Positions 24,371 to 35,288 of a DNA stretch of 64,000 nucleotides are shown here, in pieces. The position numbers and the translations under genes are program-made. The stretch is from positions 288,001 through 352,000 of the forward strand of contig CAWJGT010000023.1 of assembly GCA_963842525.1 (NCBI GenBank), written 5' to 3'. This stretch comes from an uncultured Holophagales bacterium (GTDB taxonomy: Bacteria > Acidobacteriota > Thermoanaerobaculia > Multivoradales > UBA5704). The notes under the pieces were generated by a model that saw only the letters and a list, made by a program, of their open reading frames with translations, was not told where the DNA came from and searched no databases. The stretch's first letter is position 1, and the number at the start of each line of letters is the position of its first letter.

Positions 24371-25652
24371 TCAAGTCCCTCAGGTAGGAGGACCTCGCTC
24401 TCCGGCTCTTCCTCCATGCCTACCGCCCGAAGCACCCGATCCAATGCTGAAGAGGAGAAATCTACGATCGAGGCCAGCTCGGAGAGCTTCCCGCGGGAAA
24501 TTTTTTCTCGCCGGTATGCCTCGACCGCAAAGGCGAGGAAGCGGGACCGAAAGTCTTTTGAGCCCGCCGGTCGTTTCCCTTTCTCCTTGCGGGGAACGGC
24601 AAGGCGTAACGATCGTTCGATCTCCTTTCCTCGACCCTCCTGCTCTTCGCGCAGCAGCTCGTCTAGCTTGGCCTGTGAGATCACGCCAAGGTTCTTGAGC
24701 CGATAAAGGGCAGCGAGGCGACTGACCCCAAAGTGATGTGCCATGAGCACGACATCGTAGAGCTGGAGAGCCTGGGAACCCGGTTCGGCTCGCGCCTCGG
24801 CGGAGACCACCTCTTCTTCGTCGAAGATTGCCCATTTGTCGCGGCTCGGCTGACCCTTTCCGATTCCCGCGAGAAACTCGCGCACTCCAAGCTCGGGCAT
24901 TAGGAAAGCAGCAGCGAAAGCGTTGGCCCGAACCTCGGAAAAATCGGCACGGTCCGACTCCCGACTGACCGTGCCTTTGAGGTTGCGATCGAACAGAATA
25001 TGAGCGTACTCATGCACCCAAGAGAACCGAGCCCGCAACGGGTGGTGACGCTGGTTCGCCACCACAAGGAAGCTAAGGTTCGGCTCCATGAGGGTGAAAC
25101 CAGAAACATCTTGGGGCAGGTCTCGGAGGACCGTCCGAATCCCTTGGCTCTGTAGGAGGTCTTCAATATCGCCGAGAGGCACCTCGCCCAGGTTGAGGCG
25201 ACGCCGCTCCGCGGCCGCCGCACGAGCTCCCTGTTCGAACGCCCTGCCATTTTGAGTTGAGCACGGGATCGGCATAGGCGGGTGCACGGAGGGAAGACCG
25301 GTCGATACCGAGCAGATCTTCGAGGTTCGCAAGTTGCCGAGCCAAAGCGATGCAGAGGGAGACTGCCTCGGCAACCTCTTGTGCCTCGGCAAAGCCGGCT
25401 TCCGCTCGGAAGAGCGCGAACAGAGACTCCTCCGGGTGGAATTCCTCGGCGAAGAACTCCTCGACTCCCCGGCCATAGTGCCGAGCCAACGCCTCCAGCT
25501 CAAGTCCCGAGACAGTACGATTCCCGAGCTTCCACCTGGGCCAGCGACGAACGTGGCAGTCCCAACTTGCGCGCAACCGCCTCCTGAGTCAGCCTTGCCG
25601 CTTCGCGAGCCATTCGGAGGCGTGAGGCTAACTCCTCTTGAGTGATCGGCAT
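24367..25652 (-). CDS. XRE-HTH plus ImmA/IrrE metallopeptidase; frameshifts near 25530 and 25245
   Basis: MPITQEELASRLRMAREAARLTQEAVARKLGLPRSSLAQVE HTH; RARFSWVHEYAH (HExxH); EVRANAFAAAFLMP. Confidence 0.88.
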
Positions 25653-25854
25653 CAAGGGCTCCTTCCCGTAGCGCTTCGACCCAAGCCCATGCTACACAAT
25701 CGAACAGGCTGTGTCAAGAAAATCCGGCCTGTGCTGCAAAAGAGAACAAGCCTGTGGGGAGACATCTCTGCCAGCTTGGAAAATCCTGGCGTGGCGGCAG
25801 GAAGCCTGGCGACAGGTGCGGGCCGGGCCGCACGCTAACATTCCGGCCGACAAG

Positions 25855-25881
25855 GCGGGCGAGACGCCCGCGCTCCCAGGA
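25855..25881. repeat. REP-like hairpin
   Basis: GCGGGCGAGACGCCCGCGCTCCCAGG perfect palindrome. Confidence 0.6.
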
Positions 25882-25887
25882 ACTCTC

Positions 25888-28114
25888 CTACCGGGCCTTC
25901 CGCTCCTCGGCCGCCGGCTGGGCGAGCCCGTAGACGTGGTTGAGGGTGCGCACGACGAGCAGGCCACCGGACATGGCCGGCGTCGACATCACCGTCTCGC
26001 CCATCGGTTGAATGGTGAGGAGCTCCGGCTCGGGGCCCGCGCGCAGGACGTAGACCTCTCCCGTCTCGCTGGCGATGTAGAGCCGGCCGTCGGCCGCCAC
26101 CGGCGAGGCGGAGAACGAGGCGCCGGCGGCGCTCAGGCGGATCTGCGAGAGCTGCTCGCCGGTCTCCGCGCGGTAGGAGGTGAGGATGCCGTTGTTGTTG
26201 CAGGTGTGGAGGATGCCGCGGTAGAGGATCGGCGTCGGGATATAGGTCCCGCCGCGGGGATGGCTCCAGGCGACCGCCGGCGTCGCGCTCTGGCCCGCGG
26301 GCAGGCTCAGGTCGCCGCGGTGACCCGGTCGCACGGCATAGACCGGACGCACCGGCGGGTAGCCGGCGGTCACGAAGGCCATCCCGTCGCCCACCACCGG
26401 CGTCGCGACCACGACCTCGGAGCTCGGCCCCAGGCTCCAGAGGAGCCGGCCGGAGCGCGGATCGTAGGCGCGGATCGTCGAACCGTTGGTGATCAGCTCG
26501 TCGCCGGAGGGTGAGGGGAGCACGTTGGGCGTCGCCCAGGTCGAGGGCTCATCGCGGGCAACGCGCCAGACCTCCTCGCCCGTCGCCAGCCGGTAGGCGG
26601 CGAGGAAGGAGTCCTTGCGGCGGTCCCCCTGGATGAGCACCAGGTCGCCATAGAGGACCGGTGAGCTGGCGTGCCCCCACTCGGCGCTGCCGGACTGCGG
26701 GTCGTTGCAGTCCAGGATGCCGATGTCGCGCTGCCAGAGCTGCTTGCCCTCGAAGTCGTAGGCGGCGAGCTTGCCGATCGGGCCGAAGAGCACGACGATG
26801 CGCTCGCCGTCGGTGGCCGGGGTGGCATTGGAGAGGCTCGATTTGAGGTGGCGCCGCACCTGGGGCGTGCCGCGGTGGACCTCGCGCTCCCAGAGCACCT
26901 TGCCATTGGTCGCGTCGAGGGCGTAGAGCCGGAAGGAATGCTCGGAGAGGTCCTCGACCGAGGTGGGGTCGCCGTAGAGGCCGGTGCGGAACGTCGTGTC
27001 GCCCTTGCTGCTCACCGCCGTGGTGAGGAAGATCCGGTTGCCCCAGATGATCGGGCTGGACAGCCCGATGCCCGGGATCGGCGTCTTGAAACGAACGTTT
27101 TCGCCGGCCGCGACGTTCCAGGCGGCCGGTGCGCCCTGACCGTCGCCGATCCCCGCGGCCCGCGGGCCGCGGAACTGCGGCCACGGGCGGGCAGGAGCGA
27201 GCGCCGCCGGCTCGGCTTTGGCCTTCTCATCGGGGCCCGGCGCGGCAGTCCGCACCGGCGTCGGATCGGAGGTCATCAGGCCGAGGAAGGAGACCTCGCC
27301 GCCGCGGTTGACGCGCGCCCATTCGACGATCCCGCCTCGCCCGCCGAAGAAGACCGACAGGTTGCCGTCGGGACTGTCGAACCGGCGCTCGGCCACCGCG
27401 CCGAGCACCGTCTCTCCCTGGCCTGCGTGCCTGGTCAGGAAAAACGACTCCAAGGCCTTCGCCGCGCACGGTCACCGTGACCTCTTTGCCGATCTCCGTG
27501 CGGTAGCGCCCGGCATAGATGGACAGTTGCTCCGGTGCAGCCCGGTACGGGGGGCGTTGCCGCGGCTTCGCCGTGGCCGCGGCGAGCAGATCGCGCAGGG
27601 CCGGCGCCACGCCTTCTCCTGCGGTCACACGGCGCGCTGCCGCGAGGTCGAGCGGCTCGAGGAATCCGGTGGCGAGCGCGGCGCGCGCCAGCTCGAGGTC
27701 ACCGCGATCGATCGCCACCTCGAGGACGGTAGCGGCGTCCTCGGCCCCATGGGCGAGGAGATACCGCACCAGCTCGAAGTGCTCGCCCTGGAGCGCCATG
27801 CCCACCACCGAGGCACCGAAGAACCGGTCCGTGGCATTGACGTTGGCCCCGCGCTCGACGAGCAGCCGCGCCGCGGCAAGGTGCCCCTTCTCGGACGCAA
27901 AATAGAGCGGGGTCTGGCCGTAGCGGGCCGGTGCGTCGACCGGCGCCCCGGCGGCGAGCAGCGCCTGGATCCGCGCCACGTCCCCGGCACGCGCCGCTTC
28001 GCGGAGGGCCTCACCGGGATCGTCGGCGCCGGCTGCGGGCACCGCGGTCGCGGCGACAAAGAAGAAAGCGAGGCAGAGGAAGAGAGCGCGACGGCAGGAG
28101 TGCGAGACGGTCAT
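25888..28114 (-). CDS. Secreted ankyrin-repeat plus PQQ-like beta-propeller protein; frameshift near 27420-27450
   Basis: Signal peptide, GQTPLYFASEKGH ankyrin, WPQFRGP, SSPIIWG, NATPATDGER and SASPVAADG. Confidence 0.85.
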
Positions 28115-28254
28115 GGGGTGCCTCCAGAAAAGGTTCGGACGACAAGGCCTTTCCTACCACAAGAGGGGGGCCATGCTCCAGGCTGGCCTGTACCCCCGCT
28201 CGGCAGGATACGACAACTTCGCCAGCGTCCCGATTGGCCGCTCTGCGCTACTCT

Positions 28255-28485
28255 TGCGGCCGCGATCGCGGTCACCTCGAAAAGGATGTGGAACTGGGAC
28301 GAATCGGGATCGAGCAGCTCGTAGCGGCTGTACTCGTCCGCCTCGCGGGGCGGCGCCTCGACAGGCTCAGTGCCGCTCGCCTGAGCGGCGGCCTGCGGAG
28401 GCGCCGGTGCTGTCACGACACGGGGCTGCCCTGCGCAGGCGACGAGCAGTGGCAGCCCGAGGCAGAGGACAACGAGACACAGCAC
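28255..28485 (-). pseudogene. 5' fragment of a lipoprotein gene
   Basis: Lipobox LLVAC, then ADEYSRYELLDPDSSQFHILFEVTA, then non-coding-like sequence. Confidence 0.45.
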
Positions 28486-28504
28486 AGCGCGAGTATATCC
28501 GCCT

Positions 28505-31500
28505 TCAGAAACCGGGCAACGCGCTCGTGTCGCCGACGCTGGTGTAGCTCCCCTTCGGATTCGTATACGTCTTTACATTGCCGGTCGAGACGTCGGTCAC
28601 GGTCAGCGTGTATTCGGCGTTGGACAGGCCGCCGTAGAAGACCCAGAACCTGTTGTTGACCGGGCGTCCGTCGATGACTTTCATCAGCAGGTCGAGGGTG
28701 CTCCCTCCGAAGCTGAAGTAGCCGCTGCCGTCTCCCAGCGACGTGGCCTTCGCCGCAGTGACCTTGCCTTTCGCATCCTTCCAGGTGACCTCGACCTTGA
28801 ATCGCTTGCTGCCGAGACAGAGGGTCGTCGAGCCGGCCTTGCAGGTGCCGCCACCACCGCTGGCGGTCTCCTGGCCGCGCAGACGGAAGACGAAATCGGG
28901 CTCGTCACCGGCACCGCACGTCGAGCGGCGGGTCCAGTCGGAGCAGCCGGTGTTGTAGCCGTTGCCGGGGTTGCGCCACACCGAGGCTCGCTCCTTTTGG
29001 ACCGTACGCTCCAGCCAGCCCCACTGGCCCGCCGTGGTCCGGTTCTGGTTCGCCTGCACGGCGATCCAATAGCGGCCGGCGGCCAAGCGGCAAGAGCCGC
29101 TCAGATTGACCTCGAACGAGCCGGTGTCGAGGCCGCTCCGCGGTCGGAGCTGGCGCTGGTTGCACAGCAGACTGCCGGGCCGCCCGTTCTGATCGCCATA
29201 GACGAAGACGTTGACCGACTGTGCCGGACCCTGCGGAACGTTGTCTCCATAGTAGGCGCCCACGACGTCGATCCCCTCGACCAGCCAGGTCTTCTGTGCC
29301 GGGACCACGAAGTCATCGGCCCCCTCGCTGTTGAACGGCGTACCGCCCGCGTCGAGCCGGTTTTCGCTGCTGACGATGACGTTCCCCAACTGGTCGCCCT
29401 GGTACCAGAGCACCTTCTGCGTTGCGGGCTGGGTTGCCGAAAGGATCGCGAAGCGCGCCTCGCCCTGAACCTGCTCGACCTCCGCCGGCCAGCGCGAGGA
29501 CGGACGGGAGCCGTCGGCCCGCACCACCGTCTGGGGCAGGACCTCCGCGTCGCCGCCGAATTCAACGCCTTCCTCCGGAGGCGGACCGAAGGCGGTGTCG
29601 TCCGCGAAGCTGCGGAATTCCCCTTCCACGCTCGAATAGACGCGCGTGTCGCCGGTCTTCGAGTCGGTGACGAAAATCGAGTAGTCGAGGCTGGTGAGCG
29701 CTCCCGAGAAAACCCAGATGTGCGCATTGGCGGCCCGGCCGTCGACCAGCTTGACGCCCAGCTCGGCGTTGGCCTTGTCGACGAACCAGAAATATCCGGC
29801 CGCATCGCCCAGAGCCACGGCCTTGGCGAAGCCGCCACCGCCCTGCGGCAGCCGCCAGAGCACCCGCACCTGGTATCTCCCCTGGAGAAGACAGAGCGTT
29901 TCCGGGCCCTTCGTACAGGTGAAGCCGTTGGCCGGGACTGCGATGGTGAACGTTTGATCGGAACGTGCAGTATGGCCGGTCGCGCGGTCGGCGACCACGG
30001 CGCTGTACAACGGGCCGGCAGGCAGGAAGTCGATGTTGATCGGTTGCGAGCCGTCGTCCGCGGTGTCCAGCAGGTACCAGATTTCGGAGCCGTCCGAGAT
30101 CGCCAGGCCCACCGTCGAGCCGCAGGAAGGGCCGGTGGTCGTCCAGTCGATCCTCTGCTGCTTCCCCTTGGTCCAGACCTCCCCGCCGTTGGGCCGGACG
30201 ATGCGGGGATCGCAAATGGCGGTCGGCGGCGGGCAGCCGGTCGTTCCGCTCTGGGAATAGGTGGTGGATTCCTGATCGAAATCGGGGCCGTCGGACACCG
30301 TGACCTCGATGTTCTGTGTGCCGCCGGAGATGAAATCGGTGGCCCAGCTCAGGAGGTATTGCTGCGCGAACGTGCGGCCGATCGCCGCCAGGATCGCCTG
30401 CAGGTCGGCCGAGCTGCCGCCGAGGAAGAAACGGGCGCCGGTCTGCACGGCAATGTTGCTCAGCACGGAAGAGTCGACGCCGCCAAAACCGATGGTGAAC
30501 ACGGGGACGCCGACGGCGCGGGCGGCGTTGATCGGCACCTGCGGGTCGCGCGTGCCGGTGTTGTTCTGTCCGTCGGTCATCGCCACCAGCGCGCGCCTTC
30601 CGAGGGCCTGGGTGGAGTGCTGCGCGGACTCGATGATGGCATCGAACAGCGCGGTCGCATTCCCGTCGCCCACCGCGCCGCCGCGGTTGTCGAGGGCATT
30701 GATCGCCGCTTTGGCCCGCGCCTTGTCGGAGGTGTAGTCCTGGACGAGGACCACGCCGTTGGCAAAGTGATAGACGGCCACTTTGTCGCGCGGCCCGAGG
30801 AGGTCGACGAACCGCCGCGACGCGTCCCGGATGTTGTCGACGTCGAAACTCGAGAGGCTGCCGCTGGCGTCGAGCACCAGGGCCACCGAAATGGCGCTGT
30901 CGCTCACCTGGGCCTGCTCGACGTCGACCGCCTGCGGAACGCCGTTCTCGTTGAGCGTGAAGTTGGCGCGGGTGAGGTCCGGCACGGGCTGGCCGCTGGT
31001 GCCGAGGACGCTGACGATCGCCTTGACCAGGGGGCATTTCTGGGCGTCCACCTGGTTGATGGTCAGATTCACGCCATTGCGGGTCTGCGGGGTCCAGCGC
31101 ATCCATTCCGAAATCAGGTCGATGTTCTGTGCGACGAGACGCGCGCCGCTGTTGCCGTTGTTGGTGGTGTCTCCGGTCGAATGGACCGCGATGGCGCGGA
31201 CCTGCCCGCCGCCGAGGACCTGCCAGACCGGGCTGCCGCTGTTGCCGGGGCTGGTGTCGACCTTGTAGCGCAGGAGCCGTCCCAGAACGCCCACGACCTT
31301 GTCGGAGTGCGTCCACTGGGCCTTGGTTTCTTTTTTGCTCACCTCTCCGGGATAGCCGGCGACGTGAACGGTCGATCCCGCGGCCGGGCTGACGTCGAAA
31401 GCGAGCGGCATGTAGGTCGAGATGCCGGCGAACGGCGTATCGAAAAAGGCGGCCGCATAGTCGAACTGGATCTTGCCCGTGGCAACCCAGCCGGGGTTGG

Positions 31501-32374
31501 TGGCGAGGCGTACGGCGCTGCGCACGCCCGCGGGCTGCTCGATGCCGAGCGAGGACTCGTACTGGCCCGGCACGATCGTCATATTGCGTACCAGCGCCCT
31601 CTTCTCCCCGTCCCAGACCACATGGCCGTTGGTGAGGAGCACGTAGGGGCCGACCAGGAAGCCGGTGGCGCGGCTGACCGCCGGCTGGCCCCGGAGGGTG
31701 GTCAGGAAGCTCAGGTACGAGATGAGCTGATGCGGAAAAGCCCTGGTGTTGGGGACGCGGGTCCGGTCGTCCTTGCCGCCGATGACTGCGCCGCCGGTCT
31801 GGACGCTCAGCCCCCCACCGACCTTTGCGTGGTCGTCCGTCTCCCCTTCCCCCTCCGGCTCGTCAGGCCCTTCGGGGCCTACCCAGCCGACGACGCCGCG
31901 GTCCGGCTGCCGGTCCGGCGACAGGTCCGGCGTCGCATCTCCCTTCCAGGGGATGGGGGTTCCAAAGAAGGGATCGCCCGCAGAGAGGGTATTCGCCTCG
32001 GAAGAGGCCAGCGCCTGCTCGACCCAGAAACTCGACGCCGTCAACAGGACCTGCGCCTCCGCAGGGGTGAGCACCCGGTCGTACGGCTGGCGCATCACGA
32101 CGCAGTAGGACGCTCCCGGCGTGGCCGCGAGGTCGTACTCTTCCCAACCGTAGAACGTGTTCTCGATGTATTGGAGCACCCGGCGGCTCGGCTGGCGCAA
32201 GGCGACGTCCTGCGGACAGCCGGCGATCCCGAGCTCCTCCTGCGCGATCAGCCGGCCGGTCACCCGCTGTGGCAGCTCCTGCCACGGGACCTGCCGCATC
32301 TCAGCCTGAGCCCGGGCCGTCCCGAGGACGACCGCGAGAAACGTTGCGAACAGCACGGCGACGCGCTTCGACAT
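28505..32374 (-). CDS. Large secreted protein: trypsin-like (V8-type) serine protease, VWA, Ig-like domain and two lineage-specific modules
   Basis: LLTNGHVV, FDYAA and GNSGSPV catalytic triad; VLDASGS and TDG MIDAS; PNGGEVW; TLCLLQGRYQVRVLW and TLCLGSKRFKVEVTW repeats. Confidence 0.9.
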   Translation of the reverse strand: MSKRVAVLFATFLAVVLGTARAQAEMRQVPWQELPQRVTGRLIAQEELGIAGCPQDVALRQPSRRVLQYIENTFYGWEEYDLAATPGASYCVVMRQPYDRVLTPAEAQVLLTASSFWVEQALASSEANTLSAGDPFFGTPIPWKGDATPDLSPDRQPDRGVVGWVGPEGPDEPEGEGETDDHAKVGGGLSVQTGGAVIGGKDDRTRVPNTRAFPHQLISYLSFLTTLRGQPAVSRATGFLVGPYVLLTNGHVVWDGEKRALVRNMTIVPGQYESSLGIEQPAGVRSAVRLATNPGWVATGKIQFDYAAAFFDTPFAGISTYMPLAFDVSPAAGSTVHVAGYPGEVSKKETKAQWTHSDKVVGVLGRLLRYKVDTSPGNSGSPVWQVLGGGQVRAIAVHSTGDTTNNGNSGARLVAQNIDLISEWMRWTPQTRNGVNLTINQVDAQKCPLVKAIVSVLGTSGQPVPDLTRANFTLNENGVPQAVDVEQAQVSDSAISVALVLDASGSLSSFDVDNIRDASRRFVDLLGPRDKVAVYHFANGVVLVQDYTSDKARAKAAINALDNRGGAVGDGNATALFDAIIESAQHSTQALGRRALVAMTDGQNNTGTRDPQVPINAARAVGVPVFTIGFGGVDSSVLSNIAVQTGARFFLGGSSADLQAILAAIGRTFAQQYLLSWATDFISGGTQNIEVTVSDGPDFDQESTTYSQSGTTGCPPPTAICDPRIVRPNGGEVWTKGKQQRIDWTTTGPSCGSTVGLAISDGSEIWYLLDTADDGSQPINIDFLPAGPLYSAVVADRATGHTARSDQTFTIAVPANGFTCTKGPETLCLLQGRYQVRVLWRLPQGGGGFAKAVALGDAAGYFWFVDKANAELGVKLVDGRAANAHIWVFSGALTSLDYSIFVTDSKTGDTRVYSSVEGEFRSFADDTAFGPPPEEGVEFGGDAEVLPQTVVRADGSRPSSRWPAEVEQVQGEARFAILSATQPATQKVLWYQGDQLGNVIVSSENRLDAGGTPFNSEGADDFVVPAQKTWLVEGIDVVGAYYGDNVPQGPAQSVNVFVYGDQNGRPGSLLCNQRQLRPRSGLDTGSFEVNLSGSCRLAAGRYWIAVQANQNRTTAGQWGWLERTVQKERASVWRNPGNGYNTGCSDWTRRSTCGAGDEPDFVFRLRGQETASGGGGTCKAGSTTLCLGSKRFKVEVTWKDAKGKVTAAKATSLGDGSGYFSFGGSTLDLLMKVIDGRPVNNRFWVFYGGLSNAEYTLTVTDVSTGNVKTYTNPKGSYTSVGDTSALPGF

Positions 32375-32469
32375 GGAGCTCCTCTCCGGGGCGTGGATTC
32401 GCCCCCCTCACAGTCGGACACGTTCGGGCTGGAAATTGTTTAGAGGGTGTTTGGATGACTCTGCTGGGA

Positions 32470-32821
32470 CCGCGGGAAGTCGAACCGCTGCCGCGGCGGC
32501 GACAACGCCCACCGCGGGACCAGCTACAGCCACCGCGGGAAGTCGAACCGCTGCCGCGGCGGCGACAACGCCCACCGCGGGACCAGCTACAGCCACCGCG
32601 GGAAGTTCGAACCGCTGCCGCGGCGGCGACAACGCCCACCGCGGGACCAGCTACAGCCACCGCGGGAAGTCGAACCGCTGCCGCGGCGGCGACAACGCCC
32701 GCCGCGGGACCAGCTACAGCCACCGCGGGAAGTTGAACCGCTGCCGTGGCAGCGGCAACGCCCACCGCGGCAGCAGCTCCATCCACCGCGGGGAGTCGAA
32801 CCAGTCCGCGGGACCAGCAGG
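32470..32821. repeat. Tandem array of about 5.5 x 63-bp units with internal 21-bp periodicity
   Basis: Unit CCGCGGGAAGTCGAACCGCTGCCGCGGCGGCGACAACGCCCACCGCGGGACCAGCTACAGCCA starts at 32470, 32533, 32596, 32660, 32723 and 32786 (degenerate). Confidence 0.95.
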
Positions 32822-32994
32822 ACTGCCGGCTTCCCGCCCTAGATCCTACACTCCCGCTCAGCATGACACGATAGACCGGGCTCTGCGGTGAGAACCTTCC
32901 TGGATCGCTGGCGAGCTTCTTTGGAGCGTGCCCCGTTAACAAAATGGCTCCTCCGGCGTTTCTCTGGTGACGGCATCCGACGGGAGGATCTACC

Positions 32995-34611
32995 GTGATC
33001 GGGACGCCCATCCTTCTGCACCTTTTCCTCAATGCTCTCTGGATCATGCTCCAGGCCCAGAGCCCGCTCCTGACTGGCCGCTGGATTGGACAGTTGGACC
33101 TCGCGGGAGAGGCCACGGTCTTCCGGCTCAACGGCACCTCCGGCAGCGCGACGGTCGACCTCCTGCCGTCGGGGCCGTCGGCGCTGCCGGTCCAGGGCCT
33201 CTCGTCCCAGGAGTCCGGCATCCATTTCGAGCTGCCACTCGGGCCTTCGTCCCTCGTGTTCAACGGCCGGTCCGACGCGCAGGAGATCGCCGGGACCGTC
33301 CGCCGGGACGGCGCGGAAGGCCGCTTCCGGATGCTGCGTCTGGCCGACCTGGAGCCCTCCCGGCGCGAGCTGGTCACGGGCAACTACGAGACCGAGTCCG
33401 GACGGGTGATCTGGGTCGGCCCCTTCGGCGAGTTCGGGGCCGATCTCTACGTCCTCGACTACGCAACGGGCCGCTTCGGCGCGCTCTACCCGCGATCGGA
33501 GACAACTTTCGTGGCGGGGCCGGCGATCGTGACTCCCCTCTTCCCCCTGGCCCTGACCCTCACGTTCGAACCGGACGACAAAGGCCAGATCACCGGCCTG
33601 CTCTACCAGGAGGGCGACCACCCGGCGATCGGCGCGAGCCGCGCGCGCCGCCGCGACCTCACCCGGGAAGAGGTTTCGTTCCGCAACGGCGACGTGACTC
33701 TGGCCGGCATGCTCACCCTGCCACCCAAGAAAGGACCCCACCCGGCCATCGTGCTCATCCACGGCTCGGGACCCGAGGACCGCAACTTCCTGGGGCCGTG
33801 GATCGACTTCTTCGCGCGCCAGGGACTGGCCGTCCTGTCCTACGACAAGCGGGGCGTGGGCGCTTCGGGAGGCGACTGGCAGGACGCGGGCTTCGAAGAG
33901 CTGGCAGGCGACGCCCAGGCGGCCTTCCGATACCTCGCGGGCCGCGGCGACGTCGACCGCCGGCGGATCGGCTTGTTCGGCATCAGCCAGGGCGGCTGGA
34001 TTGCGCCGCTCATCGCGTCCCGCCACCCCGAAGTCGCCTTCATCGTGCTCCACGCCGGCGCGAGCGTCACCGCTGCGCGCCAAGGGGAGCTGCATCTCGA
34101 GCACGAGCTGCGGGCCTACGGCCTCCCCGAGGAGGAGATCGCGGCAGCGCTGGCGTACAAGCGGCTCGATGACGGGTACACACGCACCGGCCAGGGCTGG
34201 GAGAAGCTCCAGGCAGCGGACCGCAAGGCGCGCGAAGCCCCGGCGCAGTGGCTCTACGCCGACCTCCTGCCCGCCGACGCCCCGTTCCGCCGCATGTTCC
34301 GAAAGATGATGGACTTCGATCCCGCCGCTGCGTGGCGCCAGGTGAAATGCCCTGTGCTCGCGTTCTTCGGCGAGCTCGACCTCAACGTGCCGCCGCAGCC
34401 CAACCGGGAGATCCTGGAAAAGACCCTCGCGAGCGCCGGCCACACAGCCCATACGATCCGGGTCCTGCCCAAGGCGAACCACCTGTTCCTTCAGGCGGAG
34501 ACCGGCGTCATGACGGAGTATCCCCGCCTGCGCGGCTTCGTCCCTGAATACTTCACGGAGCTTGGAGGGTGGCTGCAGAAGGTTGTGCCCCTATCAAACC
34601 CCGCCATGTAG
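32995..34611 (+). CDS. Secreted alpha/beta hydrolase (S9/S15-like)
   Basis: LIHGSGP, YDKRGVG, GISQGG nucleophile elbow, GELDLNVP and ANHLF. Confidence 0.9.
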   Translation: MIGTPILLHLFLNALWIMLQAQSPLLTGRWIGQLDLAGEATVFRLNGTSGSATVDLLPSGPSALPVQGLSSQESGIHFELPLGPSSLVFNGRSDAQEIAGTVRRDGAEGRFRMLRLADLEPSRRELVTGNYETESGRVIWVGPFGEFGADLYVLDYATGRFGALYPRSETTFVAGPAIVTPLFPLALTLTFEPDDKGQITGLLYQEGDHPAIGASRARRRDLTREEVSFRNGDVTLAGMLTLPPKKGPHPAIVLIHGSGPEDRNFLGPWIDFFARQGLAVLSYDKRGVGASGGDWQDAGFEELAGDAQAAFRYLAGRGDVDRRRIGLFGISQGGWIAPLIASRHPEVAFIVLHAGASVTAARQGELHLEHELRAYGLPEEEIAAALAYKRLDDGYTRTGQGWEKLQAADRKAREAPAQWLYADLLPADAPFRRMFRKMMDFDPAAAWRQVKCPVLAFFGELDLNVPPQPNREILEKTLASAGHTAHTIRVLPKANHLFLQAETGVMTEYPRLRGFVPEYFTELGGWLQKVVPLSNPAM

Positions 34612-34633
34612 GGGCGGGGCTTGTCCCCGCCCG
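34608..34633. repeat. GTAG-type REP hairpin
   Basis: GTAGGGGCGGGGCTTGTCCCCGCCC overlapping the hydrolase stop. Confidence 0.65.
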
Positions 34634-34654
34634 GGAGGGGGACCGGGCTCGACC

Positions 34655-34876
34655 TCAGCCTGTCGGGCGGCCTGAGTGCGCGAAACGCTTGGGTCTTTGC
34701 ACCACAAAGTAAAGGACCGCACCGACAGTGTGGGTCAGAGCGATGATGATGATCCAGACCAGCCGATTGGGGTCATCGACCCTCTTTGCACAATCGACAA
34801 GCATCCAGATCCAGAAGACAGTGGCGACGCCAACCAACAGCAGCATGAAGAGCTCGGCAGGGCCAATGCCAGGCAT
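34655..34876 (-). CDS. Small membrane protein (PLDc N-terminal domain-like)
   Basis: FWIWMLVDC..RLVWIIIIAL..VGAVLYFV. Confidence 0.8.
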   Translation of the reverse strand: MPGIGPAELFMLLLVGVATVFWIWMLVDCAKRVDDPNRLVWIIIIALTHTVGAVLYFVVQRPKRFAHSGRPTG

Positions 34877-35288
34877 TCCAATCTCCTCTTATGATCCCTG
34901 GTTCAGAACGGGCGGTAAAGTCTCAGCTTGCTGCTGATGGAGGTACCTACCTCGAAAGCCTCCACCGACCAACCGGCGAAGGGGACATGCAGGAGCTTGA
35001 TCTCGGCTGGCATCTCACCAGCATCAGTTGTTACAGTAACCCGAGCCTTCGAGCCGTCCTCAATGTACGCCGTTGCGCAGGATGTCGTCCAGGGCCGAGG
35101 CCATCTCGGGCGCCAGATCGTCCCGACATGGATGCAGCTCCCTTTCCGCGTCCCGGGCGCAGGATTGTCGAGCCCCGGCATCTCGCCGGGGCTCCCGGAG
35201 AGGCCCGGCGCGCACCACACCTGTTAGAAGTGCGCCGTTTCCGGCTCGCGGCAAGGGAGCCGCGACCTACTTTCTGGGGAGACACATC

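Noticed and set aside
14500-26000. Prophage, integron or IS element explaining the TA cluster
   Set aside because: I found no integrase, transposase, phage structural gene or convincing attC-like series.
32470-32821. CRISPR array
   Set aside because: The units are contiguous near-identical repeats with no unique spacers, and there are no cas genes in the window.
34903-35254. Possible gene remnant on the minus strand
   Set aside because: The short overlapping ORFs have no motif I can assign.
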